64,000 nt of DNA from Basidiobolus meristosporus CBS 931.73 (taxonomy: Eukaryota; Fungi; Basidiobolomycota): the NCBI GenBank assembly GCA_002104905.1, contig MCFE01000011.1:186001-250000 (forward strand), written 5' to 3'. Positions 37,413-47,994 of this stretch are shown here, piece by piece (position 1 is the stretch's first letter; every line of letters starts with the position of its first letter). Made by a program: the position numbers and the translations under genes. The notes under the pieces were generated by a model, which saw only the letters and a program-made list of their open reading frames with translations, ran no database searches and was not told where the DNA came from.

Positions 37413-39118
37413 ACAAAAGTGAAACGATCTAATACTGACCAACTTAATTGAGCACCCTCTTTCCCCAAGACCTTCGCCCATCACTATTACTTCATGAACC
37501 TAAACCATAATAACATTCGAAACGCATATCTCTTAATACTATTATTATGCTCGTACCTCATATCAAATATCACATTTCTCGGAACAATTACCCTTAGCGT
37601 GTAGTAAACCATCCCACCTCTCATCAGAAGATTCGTCCATCAGAGCCACCGTTATCTAACTGAAAAGCTAAGATTGGATCCAACAACGCATATCAACACT
37701 TGGCATTGTATATAATCGAATAAAGATCCCTTTGAGGAAAATGCACAATACGAAGCACTTGTAGTACGCATTTTTATCAGGTGACACGGTTTAAAACGGC
37801 GATACTCACTGCGAACCCTTCTATCTACTTCCAAGCTTTCGACTCTAGCCCCATTTGCAAATACTAATCTGTAAAGCCCCAAATACATCGAATATACTTA
37901 TCCGGTAGATATCGATTGATATGACCTGAATTCAATTTTGTGAAATAGATTTTCCATCGATCCAACCTTAAAGTTAGCTTGATCCATCCTTGAGCCAGAA
38001 ATCGAACCATCATGGTGATACGATTTTTCTCGGTGTCAGTCATAGCATCCCAAACGAGTGATTGATGGACAACAATATTTTCGTTGCTGAGCACAACCTC
38101 TGAGAAGATTCGGCTATCACTCAGAATAACCTAGTCAAGGAATCACAAAATTCCTCATTTCCAAATATAGGTTGATTGTCCCATGGAATTCCAAGGTGCA
38201 GATATTAACTATCCAAATATGTATCCTGACTTAATTGAAGCCTCGGAGATTGTGGTCTAGCGAAGTATGTGCACCAACTGGCGTTTGTCAAAACGGTATC
38301 CAGCTCAACTTGATTTTTTTACTGGTTTTTTCATTCACTGTCCTTTTTTGTTAGACAACACCTCGCAATGTTTCACTATCAAATCACCTCAACCCACCAG
38401 ATACACATGGCAGTGACAAAAATAAACCTCGATCGCAGGAGGAATACCTCATTTTGAGTGGATCTTATCGATGCCATATCGGATTAGTACTGGCCATTTC
38501 GATTCCTGAAGCGTGTGCACACTTGGATCACTCAGCAGTCGTGCTTCCTGGAAAATTAAGCAAGATGTGTAGTTGAAAACTGCTGCTATGCATTGATATA
38601 TTTATAGTAGCAAGCAAAAGACCAAAATACTACGGAAAGCCTAGATAGATATTGATAGAGATGATGATCCCACTCGAGTTGAAAAGGCGATTCTCTAGTG
38701 GACGGAGCGGAGAAGCAGGTCCTCTCTAGAGATTTACCACACTTACATTTTTACTCATCGTTTCTTTATTAACTAGTTGTGTTGTTTATCGTTGGTATCA
38801 TTTCTGATAACAGATCTATTTCTACATATGTGTTGATTATGGGGGTGACAGTATGGTTGTCCTCATCATATACGTGAGTATGGCGGAGGATCCTGCGAGA
38901 AATAAGACATTTGATCCAGTCTATCACAGGAAATACGCAAATTTAATGTCCAGAGTTTATCTCATCAAGCTTACTGAGGTTCGGGAAAATTCATATATAT
39001 AGCCTTTTCACGTGAGCCACCCAGATCATAAGCTCAAGCCACATTACCTTGTGTTTATTTAGGAGTACAAATTATTTTAAACTGGTGAACTCGATTTCTA
39101 AGGCAATCCGCAGTAGCG

Positions 39119-39346
39119 TCAATGGTTATGGGTAAGTTGTTTTATCAAGGCTTCGTGTTGATTAGCCATAGTGTGATGATAAATTGCTCTTTTAATACTC
39201 AACGGTTGACCAATTGTCATAGGATGAGGGCTATGTATATTTTGGCTTTTGGTGCAACCGTTGGAGTTGAATTCGTATTGTGTATGGGATGGAATCTCGC
39301 CTGTGGAGTTTTGAGCTTCACTCGACGGGGTGTATTGGTTGTACAT
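39119..39346 (-). CDS. Microprotein family member A (75 aa)
   Basis: ATG ORF with TATATATA at 39419-39426. The C-terminal GQPLSIKRAIYHHTMANQHEALIKQLT aligns without gaps to three paralogues. Confidence 0.7.
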   Translation of the reverse strand: MYNQYTPSSEAQNSTGEIPSHTQYEFNSNGCTKSQNIHSPHPMTIGQPLSIKRAIYHHTMANQHEALIKQLTHNH

Positions 39347-40006
39347 ACTAATTTCAAACTAGAATCCAACTCGAGTCAAGAGGATTGGTATGTAATCAAG
39401 AGATTGCGCACGCTTGAGTATATATATGAAAACCACTTCACTATGTGACCAAGCTACGGTAATCTTTACGTCAATTGAGTCAGAGGACGCTATTTATCTA
39501 TTTGTAGCGGCCAAATGAATGTCATACATGGGAATCTGGATCGTCATTTGTTTATATCAAAATTTAGTATTTAAGCGCAGGAGTGAAGCAAATCAGTACT
39601 CAAGGTTCACCATGAAACAGTGATTAACAATCCGTAACGAAGTAACATGCGAAGGTCAAATAGCCAATATACATAGAGGTAGTGGACTGATGAAGTGAAC
39701 GGGAAGAGCGATAGCATAGGTAACATCGCCTTAGAAGTCGTCGATATATAAAAAGCAGCAACCAAGTGTGTTAGGCTATGTGATTGCTAATTCTCTTGCA
39801 TACTCATCAACCATGCTCCACAGAAAATGTATGCGTTAAAGTCTCGTTACGCCATAATTACATCAATTCCTAGAGTAATTATGACGTGGATGAACTAAAT
39901 ATTCTGCTCACGACTCATATAAACCAACAAGCGGCCATCGCTTGTTAGACTCAATTTCTAACCATTGACATACACACCAATCACTATCTGAAGTTCCTTT
40001 AGGAAT
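39347..40006. promoter_or_regulatory. Divergent promoter region shared by microproteins A and B
   Basis: TATA elements at 39419-39426 (for A) and 39918-39923 (for B). CRE-like TTACGTCA at 39466-39473 and TGACGT at 39882-39887 each lie a few tens of nt upstream of their TATA. Confidence 0.5.
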
Positions 40007-40240
40007 ATGACACAACCTTCTCAAAGTATTCTGGACGACTTGAACTACCACTACTACCCATCCAATCATTCAAATATCCTCACCAGACATAACAACACAC
40101 CAAAGTCTCAATGTACCTGGAATGGACGTTTAGTTAGTGTAGAGGAGATGGAATATCATCACAAGATGAAGTGTAAATGCCAAAACTTGATGAGAAAGAT
40201 TACTGACGAGGGCAGATACTCTGACTCGAATGAAGGATAG
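40007..40240 (+). CDS. Microprotein family member B (77 aa)
   Basis: ATG ORF with TATAAA at 39918-39923. Motif TWNGRLVSVEEMEYHHKMKCKCQNLMRKIT. Confidence 0.7.
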   Translation: MTQPSQSILDDLNYHYYPSNHSNILTRHNNTPKSQCTWNGRLVSVEEMEYHHKMKCKCQNLMRKITDEGRYSDSNEG

Positions 40241-40464
40241 CCCTTTTTAGGCTGACTTTGTAACGAATAAAGTGTTAGATTACTTCATGATAATCTGAAG
40301 AATGATTTTATTCATGTCCTTCACGAATGCTATTTTCACCATTATTCCACATGGATTATAATAATACATGGAGCTATGTTTGATTAAACTTCTAGGCAGT
40401 AGCGTTTTATGTAAGGTTTGGTTGGTAGTGGAAACGAAAGGTATGACGAAAATCTTGAGTCATT

Positions 40465-41743
40465 TTACTCGATTAAATTTAAGTTACGTTCAGAAGGTAC
40501 TTGGGCTTCAGCCATCTTTGCAGTTGTATTCACTACAGCACAAAATGTTAATACCAACTCTACTATTTACCAAAAGCAGGTAAAACAACTTACAATGGGA
40601 TTTCAATCCCTTTCCAAAATTAAGGTAACACTGAATAGTCATGATGATAGTTATGAAAATCATGACCAAGGATAACGAAGCTGAAGGTAAACTCTCGGTT
40701 AACGGAATTTCTGGGAAAATTATAAGAGAAAACTTTACCAAAGAAAGATAGGAAAATGATGGTCGATTTGTATTTCCTCTCTGTTCTCTTCTGTTGTATC
40801 CGTATCAGCTTGAAGATAAAGTACCCTGCACCACAACACAAGCCCAACAAGAAGAATACTGTAGCAACTCGGTTCTCACGTCGAATACAGTATATTGCCA
40901 AGACTAGGGTAATTATAATAATAGGAAGCGAGGCTATCGTGATGGGTGTCTCTGGATCGCTATCGCCTAGGACCAATACCAAGAACTGAATACAGAAGCC
41001 GAGGAAGAAAAACACGTCAAGCTTCACCAAAGTGAGGAAGATCTGATATGTGCGATATCGAGCTTCATAGAGCATTTGTTAGGTACTTGCATCAATCCAG
41101 GAAGCCATTTGAAGAAACTTACATTTCAATCTAACATCTGCGCCGATTCGCTTGTAAATATTCCATCCGAATTCCCGGTAAAGACCGTATCCAACCCATA
41201 GATACAGAAGGAAAAAAACGAACATAATAACCGCAATAGAAATGGTCAGATTCTGACACATCTTCCCTGGAGCCCCCTCAATGCCTGAAATTTGGCTCAG
41301 CTGGTGGTATTGGATCAGCGAGTAGCAGAAGCACGACAGGTTGAATAACATAAGTGCAATGATCTGGATTGTGTTTTGGTGTCGCAACTAAATTCAAGGT
41401 CAATCAAAAAGCACTTGCCCGTAAAATATAATGACAACACTTACAGCATCCCATACCAGTACAACCTGGAAAAGTTGTGAGCTAATGAAAATGATGAAAT
41501 ACACTAATAAGGTGTAATTATCAGAGTTGTCATGATAGAGTTTATTTGCGTAGGTATACGCTATAAGGGACTCCAGCACCACTACGACCACGGTCTCCAA
41601 TATCGACAGAACTAACGAAGCTTTGGGGTAGTTCACTTTGAAATTCTAGTGCAGAAAACGGAAGTAACTGAAATATTAACCACTGAGAGCCGCATAGAAT
41701 TGTAGAGCAGTACCAGAGAAGACATGTTCTTAATTACCTTCAT
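40465..41743 (-). CDS. UPF0658-like fungal multi-pass (Golgi-type) membrane protein, 6 exons
   Basis: Introns 41737-41646, 41444-41388, 41122-41063, 40738-40681 and 40593-40533 restore the frame. Motifs QVVLVWDALRHQNTIQII, LYREFGWNIYKRIGAD, YQIFLTLVKLDVFFFLGF.IQ, CIRREN and NFGKGLK. Exon 1 (6 nt) is tentative. Confidence 0.8.
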
Positions 41744-42701
41744 TTTCAAGCGCCTTACAAGCACATATTCCGGGATTTGGTTGGCTTTGAGGAAAATACC
41801 AAGGCAAGGTATGTGATGACTTGTTATGAGAATGAGTTTCAACAGAAATGTACCTCACGATGTTCTTATTAAGGATATTGGGCTAATATGAAAATGGGCG
41901 CATATCCATATTAGAGTTATCATTTTCAAATTGAGACAACCCCCTACTATGTTTTGATTCAAGAGAGCCTGATTGCGAGCACATCAGTACTATATAGAGA
42001 AGCTGTAAATGCTCGATTCATAAACACTTTCACAAACGGTCCTCATGTGAATAGCCAAAGCGCAATGAGATTAGCTGGTTTCCACTGAAACTGAATGCAT
42101 ACACCATGACTTGTGTCGCTTCTATCACAATTTCCTAAACTGTCAGTATCATCTAAGTTGCCACTATCCATATTAGAGCGGCCAGGTCCCATGCGCACTA
42201 TACTATGTCTGGGCTAGGGCATACGGGTTTTTTCAGGAATATCGTTGCCAATGAAATAGCATCGTAATAGCCTCAAACTAGCCCCTACATCTTTGCATCT
42301 CAACTATCTGTCTTAAATAGCACACTTGCCTTTTATACTACTCCAGTCCCATCAAGCTGAAAGCTGAACCAAGCCCGCTGATGTATCTCATGAAAAGCAG
42401 GTTTCAAAACAAGCTATATCAAGAGAAGGAATCATTTTACACTCAATGGCACGCTGTATTCGCTACATGAAGGGCTGTATGCACTCAGTGGTAGAAATAA
42501 ACCAGACCTATTTGCAACATTTCACTAGTTGAAAATCGACTCACAGCACATACTTTCATGTAAGAAAAGACTTTAATCCAGCTTAAACCAGCATGATGCT
42601 TCACCATTTACCAAGCGGACGAAACGAGACTTTTTTAATGTGTGTATTTTCATCGACGATGTGTGACAGACACAACAATGGCCAATTTAGAAATGTGATA
42701 T

Positions 42702-43067
42702 CTAGTTATCTTCGACGACTTCGGTTTGGAGACCCTTGTAGGAAGTGACAGGAACAAATGTCACGTAAGTGTAAAGCTTCTCCTTAGCATCCTCATCGTC
42801 GTTACGTCTACGAGCAAGACGAACACGGATACGACGTTGGACGTTACGAATACCGTGGCTCCATACTTGCTTGTTTACAGAAGGATCCAAGCGGACATCA
42901 ACAGTGCCCATTTGCTTAGTAGCAAAGGCCTTGATGGCCTTCACAGCAGTGGGAGCCTTCTTCTTGAAGGAGCGGTCATGAATGAGCTTGTGAAGATGGA
43001 TAGTGTATTCTCTGGTGACAACGTCAGAAAGAGTAGAGCGCTTGGTACCCTTTTGTTCCTTTGCCAT
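42702..43067 (-). CDS. RPL31: 60S ribosomal protein L31 (eL31)
   Basis: 121 aa intronless ORF with [63 protein letters not shown]. Confidence 0.97.
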   Translation of the reverse strand: MAKEQKGTKRSTLSDVVTREYTIHLHKLIHDRSFKKKAPTAVKAIKAFATKQMGTVDVRLDPSVNKQVWSHGIRNVQRRIRVRLARRRNDDEDAKEKLYTYVTFVPVTSYKGLQTEVVEDN

Positions 43068-43677
43068 TGTCTAATGCGACGATGGATGGACAATAAAAGT
43101 AATTCGATGTAAGAAACTGCGCTGCTCTATATTACATTCAGTCGAAAATTTGAAATTCTTACCAAGAATAATCGCTTGGTTGGAAAACTGCGAGAGAAAG
43201 GAAGATGGGAAATTCGTGCGATGGTATTAATTGAATGGAATTCGAATGGCCTTGATCGGAATGAACCAATAGAATACAGTGTTCATTCCCTTTTCAATCA
43301 GGTTGAAAAAAACCAGCACTTATCTTAAATTCACATCATGATGAATACAACTTAACACGATTATTCTGCATTGTATCACGAGTTAAACTAATTACAATTT
43401 CTAAATGTATTTTGTGGTGTTCTCTTAAATTGGGGAATATATGCATTTAGAATGTGGCTTTGATGTTTACAGACATGGTGCTTGTAATACGAAATATTGT
43501 TCCAGATATTTTAGATATTTCTCATGAACAGGTTTGGCTAAACCAATATTTCTTCTCTCTAAAGATTCATAACATCAAGAGCCTTTCGGCACTTTTATCT
43601 ATATTCGCGTTTTTATTTCTTATTTCCTTATACGACCCAAATCCATTTCATTCGGCTGACTTTCTCGAAGACAGTAA

Positions 43678-46600
43678 ATGTCTGATCCACACCAATCAAA
43701 CAAAAGCCTTGGTAATGAGCCTTCAAATGCTTCCGAACTACTGAACAATCTACAGGGCAGGAGGACTGGAAAACTCCCAGAAAAATCGTCTGGTTTTAGT
43801 GGAATTGCAAACTCTACTCGTTCTCTATTTCGTAGCATACTGGGTAATGGTGTAACCAACGGAACAACATCAAACGCTAATCTTGCAAACTTACTTTCCA
43901 ACAAACCCGGAAACTCGACTTCAGTCAACCGAGATACTTCTGGTCCGTTGGAAGGTTCTAGTCAATGGGCAGAGGCCATTAACAATACTTCACACCCTGT
44001 AGCTTCAGGTGGCTCTTCGACTCAATCCAATTTCAACACAATTATTCAACGGGAGGTTACTATACCGTCCCTTGAAGATGAGTTAAATCGTTTCACGGAT
44101 GTCGGCACTTCCTCCAATTCAGGAGAAGGAAATGAATTCGAAAGTATTCATGAAAATACTTTGGATATCTCGCTCGCATCCGAACTTCCAAACTTTTCTG
44201 TTCATAGCGAAAACTCTATCGGGGCCAGATTTCCTCTTAATCGGTTTTCATTGAAATCTGCCCCACATGTTGGTCTATGCGTAAATAGCACTGAACCTTC
44301 GTTAATCACTTCAGACAAAAACACCTCACTCATTGCTGAGAAGAGAGCTTATGCCTGGGCCGATGAATTCCTGAGTCAGTTCAGTGAGAGTTCAGGTGAA
44401 AGTCATACGACGGAGAGTATTGGCAAACACCGCGATGCCCCTAATCTTAATGAAGATACATCAAGTGCCCAGGGTGAGCAATATCTTAACGAATCGCTCG
44501 ACATCCAAAGGAATATTGACGACAAACCATCAAATTCAAATGCACACATTTCATTGGAGAGTATGATCCAAAGCCCAGATTTCTCTACATCTGAGCTGAC
44601 TGTTCCCCTACAGGATGATATGGCTCTAGAAGAAACCTGGCGACAAACAGATTATAATGATGGTATAGACGCTGGGAGCAGCTTGACCCGTGAAGATCCT
44701 CTGAGAGATTATAGTGAATATTCAGACGGTGCTGACATTGTGGCACTCTTGAATGGGGGAAGCTTTCCTGCAGAGTTATTACCGACACCTTTCGATATAT
44801 CTGTTGTAGAGCAATCACCAACGCAAGCCAATAACGTTCACAATGACTCAGAATGGATAGCTGAGTTTAATCAAGAAGATAAAGGACGCCAAGTCGATTT
44901 ATTAACAGAGGCTGAAGGACAGGAAGCAGTAGATTCTTGGGCTTGGACGTCTGAATTTGAAAGGCAATTATCAACCGAACCCGAAATGCCACTTTTCGAA
45001 ACTTCCGAGGTTAACGATGGGGCTGATGTCATTTCATTCCTGAACAGCACAGAATTCCCAGAAGAGCTTTCAGTGCAGCTGGATGAGGCTTCCAATTTCG
45101 CCAACGCGTGGCACGATTCAACCACAGATCAGGAAAATAACTTTGACTGGTCCAGCGAGTTTAATTGTGACCAAAATGTACCCACTAACGAGAGCTGGGA
45201 TGATACAGAGTTGGAGTCTGCTTCCGACAAGGTCTTCGATGAGGCTCAGGCTCAATTCATTTCAAAGCAAAGTGGTGTTTTGCATAGTGGCAATAGCAAG
45301 GATCTTTACCTTGACAATTCTGAAGTAGTGGATGGTGGAGATGTGATCGCTTTCCTGAATAGTGAGCATTTTCCTGATAGTCTTATACCCAGCGAAGACG
45401 CGCTACTATCCGAAGGAATGTCAGAGTTCGAAACCGAGCTGGAGAAAGACACTACAGCAGGCTGGTTAGCAGAGTTTAATCACGCTCACGCTGATATCGA
45501 AGAGAGTGACGGCAATGATGTGGTCGCTTTTCTTAACAGCTCAGATTTCCCCAAGGAACTTACAAGTAATCCTGAGGATATGGCAGATATGGAGCGGGCA
45601 TGGAATTCTTCCCTGGAGGCAGATTGGTCGACTGAGTTTACGAATGCCGACACAGAGGACGATGCTATTAATGATAAATCAATAGGCTCCCCACGTTCAT
45701 TAGACAAGTGGCTAAAAGAGTTCAACGGAAGTGAAACAGAAGACGACTTCTTGAAGCCAGCTATTGCTTCTAACCGTTCAACAGATGTAAATACGTATTT
45801 TGGAGATGGTTATTTCAACTACATTAAGGAAGAAGACACAGGTCTCATTGTGGACGGAGCAGAAGTGGTTGAATTCCTAAGTGCAGGTGCATTCCCTTTG
45901 GAGCTCACTCCAGATATCACAGATTTAGACGAGGTATCGGAAATGGAAGTCAAAGTAGTTGAAAGCTGGTTCAACGAATTTCAAAAATACGATCCAGACT
46001 CGCAAAATTTGGTTCGTGATATCGCTGGAGACAATTCAGACCTTACAGAAGACGAGATGAACCTTCAGTGGGATCACCAATTTCTTCGCCCTCCCTACCT
46101 GGATGAAGATTTAATTTCGGAACTGAGCGAATCCCGCCCACCTACTCCGCCTGATGGTTTTGAGGTGGTGGCATTTCTAAATCACTCTGATTTCCCGACA
46201 GAACTGACAACTAAGACGCCGGTACTCTCCACTCATGACTCAGTCAAAATCCATTCGTTTACGGAGGACCAGGTCAACCAGTCCCATTTACAGCGTTGGC
46301 TTGATGAATTTGAAGACGGCCAAGACGGTACTAAAGAGAATCCAATTGCTGGGTGGGTAAGCGAATTCTCAGAAATCCAGGATCTAATACGTCAGGAGAT
46401 AGATCAGATTGACAACATTGACAATGAGGAGTTGAGTTTCGATACCTATCATGAGTATACATCTGTATTCTCTCCCAGAAATCATGGGTTTTCCATGTAT
46501 CACGGCAGTAGTGGTCAAACGCAAGCGGCCCTGGATTCCTTCGATAGTTGGACCCGTGATTTCCTGCAGGCCGAGTTCGAAAACAAAATCACAGGTGATA

Positions 46601-46950
46601 ATGAAGGGATTTATTCGGAATCTTCTCCATTGAGCGTTCAGCGCTCAGACAACTTGGATGGTACTTCCGATCACATATATATGCTGGACAAAAAGGGATC
46701 AATTGGATCCACAATCAAGGACCTTATTCAGGAGATTGCTAATGAAATTTCGGCAGAGGATTTCCTATATAACTTCGATTATCAAGAGGAGTCTAACAAC
46801 AAGCCCATCACGACGCACCCGACTGTCCAAACGTATGCTTCTGGCGACATCAGATACGAGTTTACAGAGAAAGTTGGCTTTAACTCGGAGGTTACCAAGA
46901 AGAACGCTCTGGATAGACTTCAACAGCTAAGGAAACATATTCTTGGCTAG
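43678..46950 (+). CDS. 1090 aa acidic repeat protein with 12 WxxxF motifs and six DG-x-[DE]-V-V-x-F-L-N-x3-FP-x-EL repeats (peroxin co-receptor-like, no TPR)
   Basis: 3.27 kb stop-free ATG ORF with motifs counted directly in the translation. It ends in the basic amphipathic ALDRLQQLRKHILG. Function is inferred only from the motifs. Confidence 0.85.
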   Translation: MSDPHQSNKSLGNEPSNASELLNNLQGRRTGKLPEKSSGFSGIANSTRSLFRSILGNGVTNGTTSNANLANLLSNKPGNSTSVNRDTSGPLEGSSQWAEAINNTSHPVASGGSSTQSNFNTIIQREVTIPSLEDELNRFTDVGTSSNSGEGNEFESIHENTLDISLASELPNFSVHSENSIGARFPLNRFSLKSAPHVGLCVNSTEPSLITSDKNTSLIAEKRAYAWADEFLSQFSESSGESHTTESIGKHRDAPNLNEDTSSAQGEQYLNESLDIQRNIDDKPSNSNAHISLESMIQSPDFSTSELTVPLQDDMALEETWRQTDYNDGIDAGSSLTREDPLRDYSEYSDGADIVALLNGGSFPAELLPTPFDISVVEQSPTQANNVHNDSEWIAEFNQEDKGRQVDLLTEAEGQEAVDSWAWTSEFERQLSTEPEMPLFETSEVNDGADVISFLNSTEFPEELSVQLDEASNFANAWHDSTTDQENNFDWSSEFNCDQNVPTNESWDDTELESASDKVFDEAQAQFISKQSGVLHSGNSKDLYLDNSEVVDGGDVIAFLNSEHFPDSLIPSEDALLSEGMSEFETELEKDTTAGWLAEFNHAHADIEESDGNDVVAFLNSSDFPKELTSNPEDMADMERAWNSSLEADWSTEFTNADTEDDAINDKSIGSPRSLDKWLKEFNGSETEDDFLKPAIASNRSTDVNTYFGDGYFNYIKEEDTGLIVDGAEVVEFLSAGAFPLELTPDITDLDEVSEMEVKVVESWFNEFQKYDPDSQNLVRDIAGDNSDLTEDEMNLQWDHQFLRPPYLDEDLISELSESRPPTPPDGFEVVAFLNHSDFPTELTTKTPVLSTHDSVKIHSFTEDQVNQSHLQRWLDEFEDGQDGTKENPIAGWVSEFSEIQDLIRQEIDQIDNIDNEELSFDTYHEYTSVFSPRNHGFSMYHGSSGQTQAALDSFDSWTRDFLQAEFENKITGDNEGIYSESSPLSVQRSDNLDGTSDHIYMLDKKGSIGSTIKDLIQEIANEISAEDFLYNFDYQEESNNKPITTHPTVQTYASGDIRYEFTEKVGFNSEVTKKNALDRLQQLRKHILG

Positions 46951-47994
46951 TCCCCTGACGCATGTTCCCAATCAGCCATATCCATCATCACACAATTTTC
47001 AAGTTATACGTTGCACTATTCAAACATCATGCCTATCTTCTATTTGTACATAATAACAGCTATATGTGAGTTTTCTTCAGTGGCATGTATCTTCAAGTAC
47101 TCACCAACAGTAAAGATCAATGATTGTTGGGAAATCATTCAGACTCCCAGTCAAAGTGATAACGATGCGGATATCCATGGCTATAATGCATTGCATCAGG
47201 GAATAGATCTGGAGATTCGCTGAATCCTTGTGCACTTGAGCCGATCAATTTATCCAAGCTGAGCTTAGGGTGAAACTCTCCTTGCTTGCATGTGGTGCTC
47301 ATCAGCAACCGTGGAATCATGGATGTGGCTGCTTCAGTCGTATATTCAATAATCCTTAACAACAACTCGGAAATATATCGACTTAATAGCATCCCCACAT
47401 ACACTTGCCATTGCACATGCCCATGAAGATACTGCTGGTTTTCGGTGCCACTCTAGCTGGATTGGAATGCCTATGGTGCTTTTCGTATATGAGCTCACCC
47501 ATAGAAAGTTCTGAACTGTATCGCGAGATGCAATGCACTTTATCCGCAACTGTGCACCTACCACGAATACGAGTACGTTGACCTCTGAACATGACTCGGT
47601 AAAACCTGGTTGCAGCATATCACAATGTTTCGCCCTTCCAAAAATGCGCATTTTACGCCACCATTCCGGACTTTTCATATTGGAATACTTGGTTTAATAT
47701 AAACCCTAGAAAGTTTCATATCCTTCGATGAACCAGAGACTAAACAAGTTTGTCAGAATCTCAATAAGCACACCCCTTGAAGTAAACCCTGCACATTTTG
47801 CAGTCTCCAACCTCAAACTCACGTTACCTATTTTAATTACTGATATGGATGTAGAAGGTCGAGGAATCAAACAAAAGGACCATGAGCCCGTCAGAAGAAT
47901 GAAAACATCGTTCCCCCTCCACCCTTGATGAAATCTTGTAAATAAGAGTTATTCTTGTTTTTGCGTTTCTTGTCTCACCATTCACCACATAATT

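Noticed and set aside
37652-38094. Minus ORFs with NENIVVHQSLV (piggyBac-like ENIV.DES.V) or gag-like features
   Set aside because: Catalytic residues are absent and two incompatible TE interpretations fit equally poorly.
42726-43112. 128 aa plus-strand ORF
   Set aside because: It is the antisense shadow of RPL31.
47135-47678. Minus-strand ATG ORF MKSPEWWRK.. (110 aa) and overlapping ORFs
   Set aside because: No motif and no relation to the microprotein family. It might be a real small gene, but the sequence alone does not support it.
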